From: Pseudomonadota bacterium | GTDB taxonomy: Bacteria; Pseudomonadota; Alphaproteobacteria; Micropepsales; Micropepsaceae | Direction of reading: 5' to 3' | NCBI GenBank assembly: GCA_040389245.1 | Contig: JAZKAH010000002.1 | Span: 2,182,402 to 2,246,401, forward strand | DNA: 64,000 nt | Shown here: positions 1-12,100 of the stretch, one piece after another | How the letters are laid out: every line of letters begins with the position of its first letter | How positions within the stretch are numbered: position 1 is the stretch's first letter | Position numbers and translations under genes: made by a program | Notes under the pieces: model-generated | Seen by the model: the letters and a program-made list of their open reading frames with translations, nothing else | What the model was told of the DNA's origin: nothing | Databases searched by the model: none

Positions 1-1164
1 CGCGCCCTCACGGCCTCTCTTGCGCGCATTACATTTCCCTATTTGATCCTCACCGTGGTCGCCATCCAGCTGTCGGCGATGCTGAACGCGATCGAGAAAT
101 TCTGGGCCGCCGCGGCCTGGTCCAATTTGCTCAATCTGGCAATGATCGCGGGGCTGCTGACGGCGCACTGGTTTCCCAGTGCAGCCTATGCCGCCGCCTG
201 GGGCGTGGCGCTGGGCGGGGTGGCGCAATTTTTCTTCATGCTTTGGGCGGGGCGGCAAGGTGGCTTGCGCCTGCGCCTCGTCGCCCTGGTCTGGACGCCG
301 GAGATCAAGGAATTCTTCAAGGCGTTCGGCATCGTCACCTTCGGCGCCGCCAGCGTGGTGGTGGCGCCGCTGATCGATTTCTTCATCGCCAGCTTTCTGC
401 CGATCGGCAGCCGGACCGCGCTCTATTATGCCGACCGCATCAATCAGCTGCCCCTGGGTGTTCTGGGCATCGCGCTGGGCACGGTGCTGTTGCCGGAGAT
501 GTCGACGCGCCTGGCCAAAGGTGATCGCGCCGGATCGGACAGCGCCCAGAATCGCTCCGCGGCGCTCACATTGCTTCTTACCTTGCCGTTCGCGGCGACT
601 TTTCTGGTGATCCCCGGCACCATCATGCGAGCCGTCTTCGCGCATGGCGCATTCGACCAGAAGGCGGCCGCGCTTTCGGCGCTGGCGCTGGCGGCCTATG
701 GCGCCGGGCTTCCCGCCATGGCGCTGGTGCGGATCGTGGCGTCCACATTTTATGCCCGTCACGACACCATGACGCCGGCGCGGGCGACAGTGACGGCGAT
801 CGTTTCCAACATCGCGCTGAAGATTCTGTTTGTGTGGGGATTTCATCTCGGCGTGGCGGGGGTGGCGCTGGGCACGGCGTTGGGCGCCTGGATCAATGTC
901 GGCATCCTGACTTGGTCCGGCAACAGTCGCGCGCTGCTGGCAATTGAATCGACCTTCGTGCGCGCCCTGCCGCCGGCCTTGTTGGCGGCTTTGGCGACCG
1001 CCGCGGGCGCCTGGGTCGGTGCGCGGCTGGGCGAGGCGGCGGTACCAGGCCATTACACCGATATGGCGGCGCTTGCGGGCGCGATGATCTGTGCCAGCCT
1101 TGGCTATGGCGCTATCGTGCTGGCGTTCCGCACGCGTCTGCCATTGGGGCGGCTGGCGCGATGA
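1..1164 (+). CDS. murJ: Lipid II flippase MurJ/MviN, 5' end truncated by the window
   Basis: Frame is open from base 1 (RALTASLARITFPYL...). Carries MviN motifs YYADRINQLPLG, FYARHDTMTP and GVAGVALGT, and many hydrophobic segments. Confidence 0.9.
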   Translation, partial: RALTASLARITFPYLILTVVAIQLSAMLNAIEKFWAAAAWSNLLNLAMIAGLLTAHWFPSAAYAAAWGVALGGVAQFFFMLWAGRQGGLRLRLVALVWTPEIKEFFKAFGIVTFGAASVVVAPLIDFFIASFLPIGSRTALYYADRINQLPLGVLGIALGTVLLPEMSTRLAKGDRAGSDSAQNRSAALTLLLTLPFAATFLVIPGTIMRAVFAHGAFDQKAAALSALALAAYGAGLPAMALVRIVASTFYARHDTMTPARATVTAIVSNIALKILFVWGFHLGVAGVALGTALGAWINVGILTWSGNSRALLAIESTFVRALPPALLAALATAAGAWVGARLGEAAVPGHYTDMAALAGAMICASLGYGAIVLAFRTRLPLGRLAR

Positions 1165-1715
1165 GGCTGTTCGTGGCGTTGCCGATTCCACAAACTGTGG
1201 CGCGAAGCATCATGCTGATTCAAGGTGGTGTGCCGGGCGCGCGCTGGCAGACGCGGGAGCAGTTGCATCTGACCTTGCGCTTCATCGGTGACGTGGACGG
1301 ACGCGAGGCCGCGATGCTGGACGATGCGCTGGCGGGAATCGCGGCGCCGGGGTTCGATCTGCAATTGCATGGCGTGGGACAGTTTGGCCGGCGGCAACCC
1401 CATGCGCTATGGGCGGGCTTGCGCAAATCCGAGGCGCTGGAGCATCTCCAGCATAAGGTGGACAACGCCATCCGCCGGGTCGGTCAACCGCAGGACGCCC
1501 ACAAATTTGCGCCCCATGTCACGGTGGCGCGGCTGCGCAATCCCGAAAACGCCAAAATGATCGAATGGCTGACGCATCATGCGCTGTTTACGAGTGCCGA
1601 ATTCCGTGTTGGCGCGTTCAACCTTTATTCCAGCCTGCTCACCACCGACGGCAGCGTCTACGCGGTAGAGCGGGAATATTCTTTGGAGAATCGTGATGGC
1701 GAAACTACCGATTGA
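1161..1715 (+). CDS. thpR: RNA 2',3'-cyclic phosphodiesterase (2H family)
   Basis: Starts MRLFVAL; two HxT motifs (HLTL, HVTV); ATGA overlap with murJ stop. Confidence 0.9.
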   Translation: MRLFVALPIPQTVARSIMLIQGGVPGARWQTREQLHLTLRFIGDVDGREAAMLDDALAGIAAPGFDLQLHGVGQFGRRQPHALWAGLRKSEALEHLQHKVDNAIRRVGQPQDAHKFAPHVTVARLRNPENAKMIEWLTHHALFTSAEFRVGAFNLYSSLLTTDGSVYAVEREYSLENRDGETTD

Positions 1716-1998
1716 AGATCTGAAAGCGGCGTTGAAGCGATTGCCGGACTGGCGGCTGGCCGATGGGCGCGAGGCCATCACCCGCAAATTCCAGTTCGTG
1801 GATTTCGATGCCGCCTTCGCTTTCATGGCGCGTGTGGCGCTCAAGGCGGCGCAGATGGATCACCATCCCGAATGGTTCAATGTCTACAACAAGGTCGAAG
1901 TGACGCTCGCCACCCATGACGATCATGGCGTGACGCAAAAGGATATCGACCTCGCCACCGCGATGGACGGCTATGCCGCGCTCATGTCGGGCGGATGA
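1696..1998 (+). CDS. phhB: Pterin-4-alpha-carbinolamine dehydratase
   Basis: Motif DHHPEWFNVYNKVEVTLATHD; GGAGA RBS at 1685-1689. Confidence 0.92.
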   Translation: MAKLPIEDLKAALKRLPDWRLADGREAITRKFQFVDFDAAFAFMARVALKAAQMDHHPEWFNVYNKVEVTLATHDDHGVTQKDIDLATAMDGYAALMSGG

Positions 1999-2155
1999 GC
2001 CTGACGTTCCAGCGGTTCGCGGCCCAAAGCAGGATGCTGCCGCCCAGGGGCGACAGAATCGCGGCCAGCAGGAACCACCAGAAGGGGTGGCGCAGCGACA
2101 GCTTGGCGGCATAGGCGACGCCAAGCGACGCCAGGATCCAGAGAAAAATAAACAT
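1982..2155 (-). CDS. Small two-helix membrane protein, 57 aa, not in the ORF track
   Basis: Hand translation: [60 protein letters not shown] overlaps the acs stop (TGATG). Confidence 0.7.
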   Translation of the reverse strand: MFIFLWILASLGVAYAAKLSLRHPFWWFLLAAILSPLGGSILLWAANRWNVRLIRPT

Positions 2156-4089
2156 CAGGTCTTGGCGTTCCGGATCAAATCTTCGACCACGGAAGGATCG
2201 GCGAGGGTTGAGATATCGCCCAAGCTCTTAGTGTCGCCTTCGGCGATCTTGCGCAGGATGCGGCGCATGATCTTGCCGGAGCGGGTCTTGGGCAGGCCCG
2301 GCGCGAACTGAATCACATCCGGCTTGGCGATGGGGCCGATCTCATTGCCGACAAATTTCCGCAACTCTTCCGCCAACCCGTCGCTTGCCGCGATCCCGGT
2401 CTTGAGCGTGACATAGGCATAGATGCCCTGGCCCTTGATGTCGTGGGGATAGCCGACCACGGCGGCTTCCGCGACCTGGATATTGCCGACCAGCGCGCTC
2501 TCCAGCTCGGCGGTGCCGAGGCGATGGCCCGAGACATTGATCACGTCATCGACCCGCCCGGTGATCCAATAATAGCCATCGGCATCGCGGCGGCAGCCAT
2601 CCCCGGTGAAATATTTGCCGGGATAGGTCTTGAAGTAGGTGTCGATGAAGCGGCGGTGATCGCCGTAAAGTGTGCGCATCTGGCCGGGCCAACTCCGGGC
2701 GATGCAGAGATTGCCGGTGACGGCGCCTTCCAGCACCTCGCCTTCCGCATCCACGATCTCCGGCACGATGCCGAACAACGGCTTGGTCGCCGAGCCGGGC
2801 TTGAGATCGGTGGCGCCAGGCAAGGGCGAGATCAGGATCCCGCCGGTCTCGGTTTGCCACCAAGTGTCCACGATCGGGCAGCGGCCATCGCCGATCACTC
2901 GGTGATACCACAGCCAGACTTCCGGATTGATTGGCTCGCCTACGCTGCCTAGCAGACGCAGCGAGGCGCGGCTGGTCTTCTTCACCGGCCCATCGCCTTC
3001 ACGCATCAAGGCCCGGATCGCTGTCGGCGCGGTGTAGAAGATGTTGACCTTGTGCTTGTCGATCACCTCCCAGAAGCGGGACGTGGTGGGATAATTGGGC
3101 ACGCCTTCGAACATCAAGGTGGTGGCGCCGTTGGCGAGCGGGCCATAGAGGATGTAGCTGTGGCCGGTTACCCAGCCGACATCGGCGGTGCACCAATACA
3201 CATCGCCTTCGTGATAATCGAAGACATAGTGATGGGTGGCGGCGGCATAGAGCAGATAGCCTCCCGAGGTGTGCAGCACCCCCTTGGGCTTACCGGTCGA
3301 GCCGGAGGTATAAAGGATGAAAAGCGGGTCTTCGGCGCCCATCGCTTCGGCCGGGCAGTCAGGTGAGACCTTGGCGGCTTCCTCGTGATACCAGCGGTCG
3401 CGGCCTTCCTTCATCGTCACCTTGCCGCCGGTGCGCCGCACCACGATCACATCGCTGACATCGGGGGCTTTCTTCAGGGCCTCGTCGGTGTTGGCCTTGA
3501 GCGGCACCGGACGTCCCGCCCTAAGACCTTCATCGGCGGTGATTACCAGGCGCGAATCGCAATCGGTGATCCGTCCCGCCAGGCTGTCGGGCGAAAAGCC
3601 CCCGAACACCACCGAATGCACCGCTCCGATCCGGGCACAGGCCAGCATCGCATAGGCCACTTCCGGGATCATCGGCAGATAGATCGTGACCCGGTCGCCT
3701 TTTTTGACGCCTCTGGCCTTCAGCACATTGGCGAAGCGGCAGACCTCTTCGTGCAGCTGGCGATAGCTGATCCGCTTGCTGTCCTTGGGGTCATCGCCTT
3801 CCCAGATGATAGCGGTCTGGTTGCCGCGCCGGGCCAGATGCCGGTCGATGCAATTGGCCGCGACATTGAGCGTGCCGTCCTCGAACCAGCGGATATGCAG
3901 ATTGTCCGGCTTCCACGACACATCGCTGACCTTGGTGAAGGGCTTCACCCAATCCAGCCGCGCCGCTTCCTTCTTCCAGAACCCGTCCGGGTCCTCAACC
4001 GATTGCGCGTAACGCCCCGCATAGTCCGAAGCGCCTACAAACGCGCGCTTCTTCCAATCCCCAGGGACAGGGATGATCTCGTCACTCAT
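2155..4089 (-). CDS. acs: Acetyl-CoA synthetase
   Basis: AMP-binding [21 protein letters not shown] and [12 protein letters not shown] motifs. Start taken at MSDEIIPV. Confidence 0.97.
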   Translation of the reverse strand: MSDEIIPVPGDWKKRAFVGASDYAGRYAQSVEDPDGFWKKEAARLDWVKPFTKVSDVSWKPDNLHIRWFEDGTLNVAANCIDRHLARRGNQTAIIWEGDDPKDSKRISYRQLHEEVCRFANVLKARGVKKGDRVTIYLPMIPEVAYAMLACARIGAVHSVVFGGFSPDSLAGRITDCDSRLVITADEGLRAGRPVPLKANTDEALKKAPDVSDVIVVRRTGGKVTMKEGRDRWYHEEAAKVSPDCPAEAMGAEDPLFILYTSGSTGKPKGVLHTSGGYLLYAAATHHYVFDYHEGDVYWCTADVGWVTGHSYILYGPLANGATTLMFEGVPNYPTTSRFWEVIDKHKVNIFYTAPTAIRALMREGDGPVKKTSRASLRLLGSVGEPINPEVWLWYHRVIGDGRCPIVDTWWQTETGGILISPLPGATDLKPGSATKPLFGIVPEIVDAEGEVLEGAVTGNLCIARSWPGQMRTLYGDHRRFIDTYFKTYPGKYFTGDGCRRDADGYYWITGRVDDVINVSGHRLGTAELESALVGNIQVAEAAVVGYPHDIKGQGIYAYVTLKTGIAASDGLAEELRKFVGNEIGPIAKPDVIQFAPGLPKTRSGKIMRRILRKIAEGDTKSLGDISTLADPSVVEDLIRNAKT

Positions 4090-4148
4090 ACGTTCCTCTT
4101 TGAGGTACCTTACACTAAGCTGGCGACCCCGGTTCAGGAGATTACGGC

Positions 4149-4715
4149 ATGGCGGGCGCAAGGAAAACAGGTGGAAAATCCGAAACCAAAACCACCATGA
4201 CCGACGCGGCCATTAAAAAACGTACCGGCAAGGATTGGGCGGCCTGGTTCGCGGCGCTGGACAAGGCGGGTGCCGCCCGGCTGGACCACACCGCCATCGC
4301 CAGGCTGGCCCGCGAGGATATGGGCGCCGGGGACTGGTACGGCCAGATGGTGGCGGTGAGCTATGAACGGGCCCGGGGCATCCGCGCCATGAACCAGAAA
4401 TGCGATGGCGAGTTTTCGGTCTCCGTCACCCGGGTGATGGCCGTGCCGTTGCCGAAATTATATGCCGCCGCAACGGCGGCGCCACAGGCCTGGTTTCCCA
4501 AAGGCGCCTTCATGGAATCGTCCCGCACCAAGGACAAATACTGGCGCGGCAAATGGAAAACCGGCCGTCTGGAAATCGGCTTCTACGCCAAGGGGCCGGG
4601 AAGGGCGCAAATCGCCCTGCAATCCAACCAGCTGCCCAATGCGGAGGCAGTGGAAAAGGAACGCGCCCTGTGGAAGAAGGCGATCGACAAGCTCCAGGAA
4701 ATCGTCGAGGTCTGA
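4149..4715 (+). CDS. Hypothetical protein with DUF4287-like N-terminal region
   Basis: TGKDWAAWF...H..IAR.....G...W..QMVAV.YE pattern; AGGAG RBS at 4136-4140. Confidence 0.6.
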   Translation: MAGARKTGGKSETKTTMTDAAIKKRTGKDWAAWFAALDKAGAARLDHTAIARLAREDMGAGDWYGQMVAVSYERARGIRAMNQKCDGEFSVSVTRVMAVPLPKLYAAATAAPQAWFPKGAFMESSRTKDKYWRGKWKTGRLEIGFYAKGPGRAQIALQSNQLPNAEAVEKERALWKKAIDKLQEIVEV

Positions 4716-5482
4716 TGCAGCTCCATCTGTCCACCTGGCCGGAGATCGAGGCCTATCTGGCCAATTCCAAGGCCATCCTTATTCCCATCGGCTCGACCGA
4801 ACAGCATGGCCCCAATGGCCTTCTGGGCACTGACGCCCTGTGCCCGGAGATCATTGCCCGGCGCGCCGGCGACGAAGCGGGCTTTCTGATCGGCCCCACC
4901 TTCAATGTCGGCCAGGCGCAGCATCACATGGCCTTTCCCGGGACCATCACTTTGCGCCCTTCGACCATGATCGCGAGCATGCTGGATTGGACGCAGAGCC
5001 TCGCCCGTCACGGCTTCGAACGCATCTACTGGTTGAACGGCCATGGCGGCAATATCGCCACGATCACGGCGGCCTTCTCGGAAATCTATCATGGCGTGAC
5101 GTTTGACAATTCAGGCGCCGGTTCCGGTGCAGGGGCGAACCGGCCGCCGCTTCGCTGTCATCTGCGCAACTGGTGGGAATTGTCCGGGGTTATGGATTTA
5201 TGCCGCGAGATTTTTCCCGTGGGCGAGGGCAGCCACGCCACGCCCAGCGAAGTCTCGGTGACATATTTCGGATATCCCGAGGCGGTGAAAAGCGTCGCCA
5301 TGTCGCCCCGGATCGCACCGACCGGGCCGATCCGGGACGCCGAAGATTATCGCCGCCGCTTTCCCGATGGACGCATCGGTTCGGATCCCTCCCAGGCCAA
5401 TGCCGAAGCGGGCGGGCGCATCGTGGCGGCGGCAGTGAAGGCCGTGATTTCGGAATTCCGTCAGTTTGGAGCCGCAGGATGA
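4715..5482 (+). CDS. Creatininase-family amidohydrolase
   Basis: Metal-ligand motifs GSTEQHG...TD, NGHGGN and HA...E. Start overlaps the upstream stop (TGATG). Confidence 0.88.
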   Translation: MQLHLSTWPEIEAYLANSKAILIPIGSTEQHGPNGLLGTDALCPEIIARRAGDEAGFLIGPTFNVGQAQHHMAFPGTITLRPSTMIASMLDWTQSLARHGFERIYWLNGHGGNIATITAAFSEIYHGVTFDNSGAGSGAGANRPPLRCHLRNWWELSGVMDLCREIFPVGEGSHATPSEVSVTYFGYPEAVKSVAMSPRIAPTGPIRDAEDYRRRFPDGRIGSDPSQANAEAGGRIVAAAVKAVISEFRQFGAAG

Positions 5483-6156
5483 GCGACTTTGTGTTTCCCT
5501 TAAGTCAGCCTTGGATCGGGGTGGTGGGAAATCTGGCCCGTTTTCCGGTGCGGCGGGTGTGGTGCGTGGGGCGCAACTATCTCGGCCATGTCCGCGAATT
5601 GGGCAATGACGAGCGCGAATCCCCTTTGTTTTTCTCCAAGCAGCCCGACATGCTGGTGCCTGGGGGCGGCGCCATCCGCTATCCCAGCCAGACAAAAAAC
5701 TATCACTATGAAGTCGAGCTGGTGGTGGCGCTGAAATCCGGCGGCGAGAATGTCTCGGCCGCCGATGCCGATGCCCTGATCTTTGGCCATGCCGTGGGCC
5801 TCGACATGACCCGCCGCGATCTTCAGAAACAGGCGCAGGAAAAGGGCCGGCCCTGGGAAGCGGCCAAGAGCTTCGAGCAGAGCGGGCCGGTGGGGCGGCT
5901 GACGCCGTTTCCGGGTGCGCTGCCGCCCGCGCGCATCCGCCTGACGGTCAACGGCGCGGTCAAGCAGGACGCCGATACCGCCCAGATGATCTGGAGCGTG
6001 CCCGAAATCATTGCCCAGCTTTCCCGTCAGGTCTCGCTGGCGGCGGGAGACATCATCTTCACGGGAACTCCCGAAGGTGTGGGGCCGGTGGTGCGCGGCG
6101 ACAGGCTGCTGGCGGAAATCGAAGGCCTGGAGCCGCTTGCGGTCACGATTGCGTGA
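5479..6156 (+). CDS. Fumarylacetoacetate hydrolase family protein
   Basis: VGRNY..H, HYEVELVV, DMTRRDLQ, AKSF and GDIIFTGTPEGVG motifs; ATGA overlap. Confidence 0.9.
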   Translation: MSDFVFPLSQPWIGVVGNLARFPVRRVWCVGRNYLGHVRELGNDERESPLFFSKQPDMLVPGGGAIRYPSQTKNYHYEVELVVALKSGGENVSAADADALIFGHAVGLDMTRRDLQKQAQEKGRPWEAAKSFEQSGPVGRLTPFPGALPPARIRLTVNGAVKQDADTAQMIWSVPEIIAQLSRQVSLAAGDIIFTGTPEGVGPVVRGDRLLAEIEGLEPLAVTIA

Positions 6157-6183
6157 CAGGCCCGCCGGGCCTAAATTGCCAGC

Positions 6184-8094
<1,911 letters not shown>

Positions 8095-8112
8095 GCGGTG
8101 CAAGGAAAAAAC

Positions 8113-9021
8113 ATGTTGCGCTATTATGCCATCGTAATCGCTGCGCTGTTCGCTGGGGGACCGGCCGTGGCCATCGAATCCTTTCCGGCGTCCTTCAAGA
8201 CCCAGGAAATCGTCACCAACGGCACCACCTTGCATGTGCGTGTCGGCGGCAGCGGCCCGGCGGTGCTGCTGCTGCACGGCTTCGGTGATACCGGCGATAT
8301 GTGGGCGCCGGTGGCGGCCAAACTGATCCCCGGTCACACCGTGATTGTGCCCGACCTGCGCGGCATGGGTCTGTCAGCGCATCCCGATACTGGTTACACC
8401 AAAAAAAACGAGGCGCTGGATATTGCGGGCGTGCTGGATGCGCTGCATGTGCAGAAGGCCGATCTGGTCACCCATGATATCGGCAACATGGTGGGATTTG
8501 CCCTGGCGGCGCAGTTTCCCGCCCGCATCACCAAGTGGGTGGTGATCGATGCACCGCTGCCGGGCGTCGGCAACTGGGCGGCCCAGCTCAGCAATCCCAA
8601 GACCTGGCATTTCAATTTTCATGGCCCGGACGAGGAGCGTCTGGTGGCGGGACGCGAGCGCATCTTCCTGGACCGCTTCTACAACGAGCTTTCCGCCCAT
8701 CCCGAAAGGATCGACGAAGCGACCCGCGCCCATTATGCGGCGCTGTATGCTAGGCCGCATGCCATGCATGACGCGCTGGAGCAGTTCGCGGCTTTCACGC
8801 AGGATGGCGTGGACAACCGGGCCTTTTTGGCCAAAGGCAAGTTGACCATGCCGGTATTGGCGCTGGGCGGCGAGAAATCCTATGGCTCCGGCATGGCGGC
8901 CGAAATTGGCGCGGTCGCGTCGAACGTCAAAGGCGGTGTCATCCCTGAGTCCGGCCATTGGGTCATGGAAGAGAATCCGGGCGCAACCATCAAACTGGTC
9001 ACCGATTTCCTGGCGAAATGA
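8113..9021 (+). CDS. Exported alpha/beta hydrolase, epoxide hydrolase/dehalogenase type
   Basis: Signal-peptide-like N-terminus; HGFG, Asp-nucleophile HDIG and GHWVMEE motifs. Confidence 0.82.
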   Translation: MLRYYAIVIAALFAGGPAVAIESFPASFKTQEIVTNGTTLHVRVGGSGPAVLLLHGFGDTGDMWAPVAAKLIPGHTVIVPDLRGMGLSAHPDTGYTKKNEALDIAGVLDALHVQKADLVTHDIGNMVGFALAAQFPARITKWVVIDAPLPGVGNWAAQLSNPKTWHFNFHGPDEERLVAGRERIFLDRFYNELSAHPERIDEATRAHYAALYARPHAMHDALEQFAAFTQDGVDNRAFLAKGKLTMPVLALGGEKSYGSGMAAEIGAVASNVKGGVIPESGHWVMEENPGATIKLVTDFLAK

Positions 9022-9506
9022 GTTTCACCATCCGGCCTGCCATGGAAAGCGACCGGGAGGATATCTGGCGCATCATGGAGCCGGTCATCCGTGCCGGCGA
9101 GACCTACGCCCTGCCCCGGGACATGATGCGGGACGACGCACTCATCCATTGGTTTGCGCCGGACCGCAGCGTGTTTGTCGCCGAAGAAGCGGGGCGGATT
9201 CTTGGCACCTATTATCTGCGCGCCAATCGCCCAGGCCCGGGCGGGCATGTCGCCAATGCCGGTTTCATGGTGGCGGGTGAGGCGGGCGGGCGCGGTCTTG
9301 GCGAGGAATTGTGCCAGCATGCGCTGGCCACGGGGAAGGTTCGCGGCTTCACGGCCATGCAATTCAATTTCGTGGTCGCCAGCAACGCGCGGGCAGTGCA
9401 GTTATGGCAACGCATGGGTTTTGCGGTCATCGGCCGCGCGCCGGATGCATTCCAGCATCCCGTCCTGGGGTTTACCGATGCGCTGGTGATGTTCCGCAGG
9501 CTTTGA
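9018..9506 (+). CDS. GNAT family N-acetyltransferase
   Basis: GRGLG acetyl-CoA loop, FNFVVASNARAVQLWQRMGF; ATGA overlap. Confidence 0.88.
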   Translation: MSFTIRPAMESDREDIWRIMEPVIRAGETYALPRDMMRDDALIHWFAPDRSVFVAEEAGRILGTYYLRANRPGPGGHVANAGFMVAGEAGGRGLGEELCQHALATGKVRGFTAMQFNFVVASNARAVQLWQRMGFAVIGRAPDAFQHPVLGFTDALVMFRRL

Positions 9507-9518
9507 TCTAAGACGGGC

Positions 9519-9980
9519 ATGCTGATCCGCCGCGCCACCGAAGCCGACACCTCCGCTATCCTGGCGCTGGTCCCGCGCCTGGTGTCCGCTTTCGTCCCGC
9601 CGCCCTGGCGCGATCCGATTGCGATGACCGCAACCGATCTCGATGTCGTCGCCAAGGCGATCCTGTCGACCGGCGAAGATCCCAGTGTCTTCGTGGCGGA
9701 AGCGGACGGCGCCATTGCAGGCTTTGTTCATGTCTGTTCGCTGGAGGATTATTACCGCCGCCGCAAGCATGGTCACGTCGCCGATCTGGTGGTGTCGGCA
9801 GCCCACGAAGGGCAGGGTGTTGCCACCGCATTGCTGGCCAAGGCCGAGGCGTGGACCCGCGCGCAGGGCTATGACTGGATGACGCTTGGCGTCTTTGAGC
9901 AGAATCTGCGCGCGGAACGGCTTTATCGGAAGCTGGGATACCGCCGCGACGTGATCCGGCTTCTGAAGCCGCTGAGCTGA
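9519..9980 (+). CDS. GNAT family N-acetyltransferase
   Basis: HEGQGVATALL and N.RAERLYRKLGY motifs. Confidence 0.88.
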   Translation: MLIRRATEADTSAILALVPRLVSAFVPPPWRDPIAMTATDLDVVAKAILSTGEDPSVFVAEADGAIAGFVHVCSLEDYYRRRKHGHVADLVVSAAHEGQGVATALLAKAEAWTRAQGYDWMTLGVFEQNLRAERLYRKLGYRRDVIRLLKPLS

Positions 9981-9983
9981 CGT

Positions 9984-10250
9984 CTATCGCAACGTGCGGC
10001 TGCCGGTGGCGGCATGATAGACGAACAGCACGATGATGGCGCCGATCACCGCCACGAACATCGAAACAAAGAAGCCGCTATATTCATAACGAAATCCCGG
10101 CACCAGGGCGCGGAACAGAAACCCGCCCACCACCGCGCCGACCAGACCGAGCGCGGTATTGACCATGCAGCCTTCGCTGCTCCGATTGACGATCTTGCTG
10201 GCGATCCACCCGGTCAGGGCGCCGAAGAATATCCAACCCAGTATGAACAT
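9984..10250 (-). CDS. GlsB/YeaQ/YmgE family stress membrane protein
   Basis: WIFFGALTGWIASKIV...LGLVGAVVGG...AVIGAIIVL pattern. Confidence 0.85.
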   Translation of the reverse strand: MFILGWIFFGALTGWIASKIVNRSSEGCMVNTALGLVGAVVGGFLFRALVPGFRYEYSGFFVSMFVAVIGAIIVLFVYHAATGSRTLR

Positions 10251-10267
10251 GCGTCAAAATCCGAAAA

Positions 10268-11563
10268 TCAATGCAGGCTCACATATATCATGGTGATGGT
10301 CGCGGCCGCCATCACCGCGGTGGAAAGCCAGCCCAGTCCGCCCAGCAGGAGTCCGACCCGGAATTGGCCCATCTTGCCGCGATGGCTGGCGACGATCATC
10401 ATCGCGACCATCAGCGGCACCGCGATCACGCCATTGAGAACGGCGCTCCAGTAAAGCGCCTTGATGGGGTCGATGCCGGAATAGTCGATACCCAGTCCCA
10501 GGAAGACCGCAGCCCCGATCACCGTATAAAAACCCTTGGCGTGCCAGGGCATATTGTCCAAGCCGGTTTTCCAGCCCTGGGACTCTCCCACCGCGTAGGC
10601 CGCCGATCCCGCCAACACCGGAATTGCCAACAGCCCGGTGCCGACAATTCCAATGGCAAACAGCAGGAAGGCAAAATGCCCGGCCAGGGGTTCGAGCGCC
10701 TTGGCCGCATCCGCGGCGGTCTGGATATTGGTCTTGCCGGCCTGATGCAGGGTCGCGGCGGTTGAAACCATGATCGCGATGGCGATCAGATTGGAGATCA
10801 GCATGCCGACGATGGTATCGACCCTGATCCGCGACAGGGCCGCCTTGTCCCGGCGTGGCGCGTCCCGATGCGATCTGGCGCTGCGCTTCTGGTCTACTTC
10901 TTCCACCTCCTGGGCGCTCTGCCAGAAGAAAAGATAGGGACTGATGGTGGTGCCGAAGATGGCCACGATGGTGGTGGCGGCCTCCTCGGAAAGATCGGCG
11001 TGAATGCCGATCAAGCCCATCCCGATCGCGCCCCAGTCCAGATGAATCATGAACATCAGCGCGACATAGGCGAATAGCGACAAGGTCAGGACGGTCAGAA
11101 AGCGCGCATAACGGCGATAGGGAATGAAGAGCTGAAGGACGAGCGAAACCAGGGCGAAGGCGATGGTGAATTCGTGCTGGCCAAACCCCGTCACCAGCTT
11201 TGCCGCTTCGCCCATGGCGGCCAAGTCGGCGCCGACATTGACGGTGTTGGCGAGGAAAAGCAGCGCGACCAGGCCGGTCACCAGGCTGCGGGGCAACACC
11301 TCGCCCATATTGCGGGCCAGGCCATGGCCGGTGCCGCGGCCGATCTGCGCGCTGATCATCTGGATCGAGACCATCAGGGGGAAGGTCAGCACCATGGTCC
11401 AGAGCAGGTTGAAGCCCGATTGCGCCCCCGCCTGGCTGTAGGTGGCGATGCCGGACGGATCGTCATCCGCTGCGCCGGTAATCAGGCCTGGTCCCAGCTG
11501 ATTCAGAATCGCGACACGGGACAGCCGGGCGGTGAGACCTTTTTTGTGCTTCGCGATTGTCAT
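10268..11563 (-). CDS. NRAMP-like divalent metal transporter
   Basis: GPGLITGAADDDPSGIATYSQAG and GTTISPYLFFWQ motifs. Confidence 0.88.
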   Translation of the reverse strand: MTIAKHKKGLTARLSRVAILNQLGPGLITGAADDDPSGIATYSQAGAQSGFNLLWTMVLTFPLMVSIQMISAQIGRGTGHGLARNMGEVLPRSLVTGLVALLFLANTVNVGADLAAMGEAAKLVTGFGQHEFTIAFALVSLVLQLFIPYRRYARFLTVLTLSLFAYVALMFMIHLDWGAIGMGLIGIHADLSEEAATTIVAIFGTTISPYLFFWQSAQEVEEVDQKRSARSHRDAPRRDKAALSRIRVDTIVGMLISNLIAIAIMVSTAATLHQAGKTNIQTAADAAKALEPLAGHFAFLLFAIGIVGTGLLAIPVLAGSAAYAVGESQGWKTGLDNMPWHAKGFYTVIGAAVFLGLGIDYSGIDPIKALYWSAVLNGVIAVPLMVAMMIVASHRGKMGQFRVGLLLGGLGWLSTAVMAAATITMIYVSLH

Positions 11564-11661
11564 GGTGGGTCCGGTGGGAGGGGGGCCGACAGGTCAAGAT
11601 TTCAGGAACAGGCTATGACGTCAAAGTGTATTATCAATGTTTGAGCCCCGAAGAGGTTCAC

Positions 11662-12093
11662 ATGCGAATTGATGTAGTTGCTTTTATTCTGATCCTGGGG
11701 ACTGCGCTGGGCGGACAGGCCGCTCCTGCCGCGCCGTCGGGAATCTGTCTGCGTCAGGACATGGTTCAGGGCTGGAGTGTCCTGAATGACAGCACATTGA
11801 TTGTGACCGACCGGGTGGGAAAGAAATTCCGGCTCTCGCTCGCTGGCGCTTGTCACGACCTGCAATTCCTGACCGCCCTGAGATTCAGAACCTTCAGCGG
11901 CAGTGGATTGTCCTGTCTCACGCGCCACGATGCGGTCGATGCCGCCCTGCCGGGCGTTTCCGGTCCGCCCCAGCGTTGCCTGATCACGGATGTCCAGGAA
12001 TACACTGCGGCGATGGAGAATGCCGATGAAATGGCCGAAGGAACCTTGCATCATCATCCCGATACGCATGGCGAAATCGGCGCGATACCGTAA
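11662..12093 (+). CDS. Exported protein, DUF6491-like
   Basis: Signal peptide; four spaced Cys (CL..., C.DL, SCL, RC.I); His-rich C-terminus. Confidence 0.6.
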   Translation: MRIDVVAFILILGTALGGQAAPAAPSGICLRQDMVQGWSVLNDSTLIVTDRVGKKFRLSLAGACHDLQFLTALRFRTFSGSGLSCLTRHDAVDAALPGVSGPPQRCLITDVQEYTAAMENADEMAEGTLHHHPDTHGEIGAIP

Positions 12094-12100
12094 TACTATG

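Noticed and set aside
9018-9980. GNAT toxin-antitoxin modules (also 49254-49727)
   Set aside because: No adjacent small RHH/DUF1778 antitoxin gene, and the proteins resemble ordinary small-molecule acetyltransferases.
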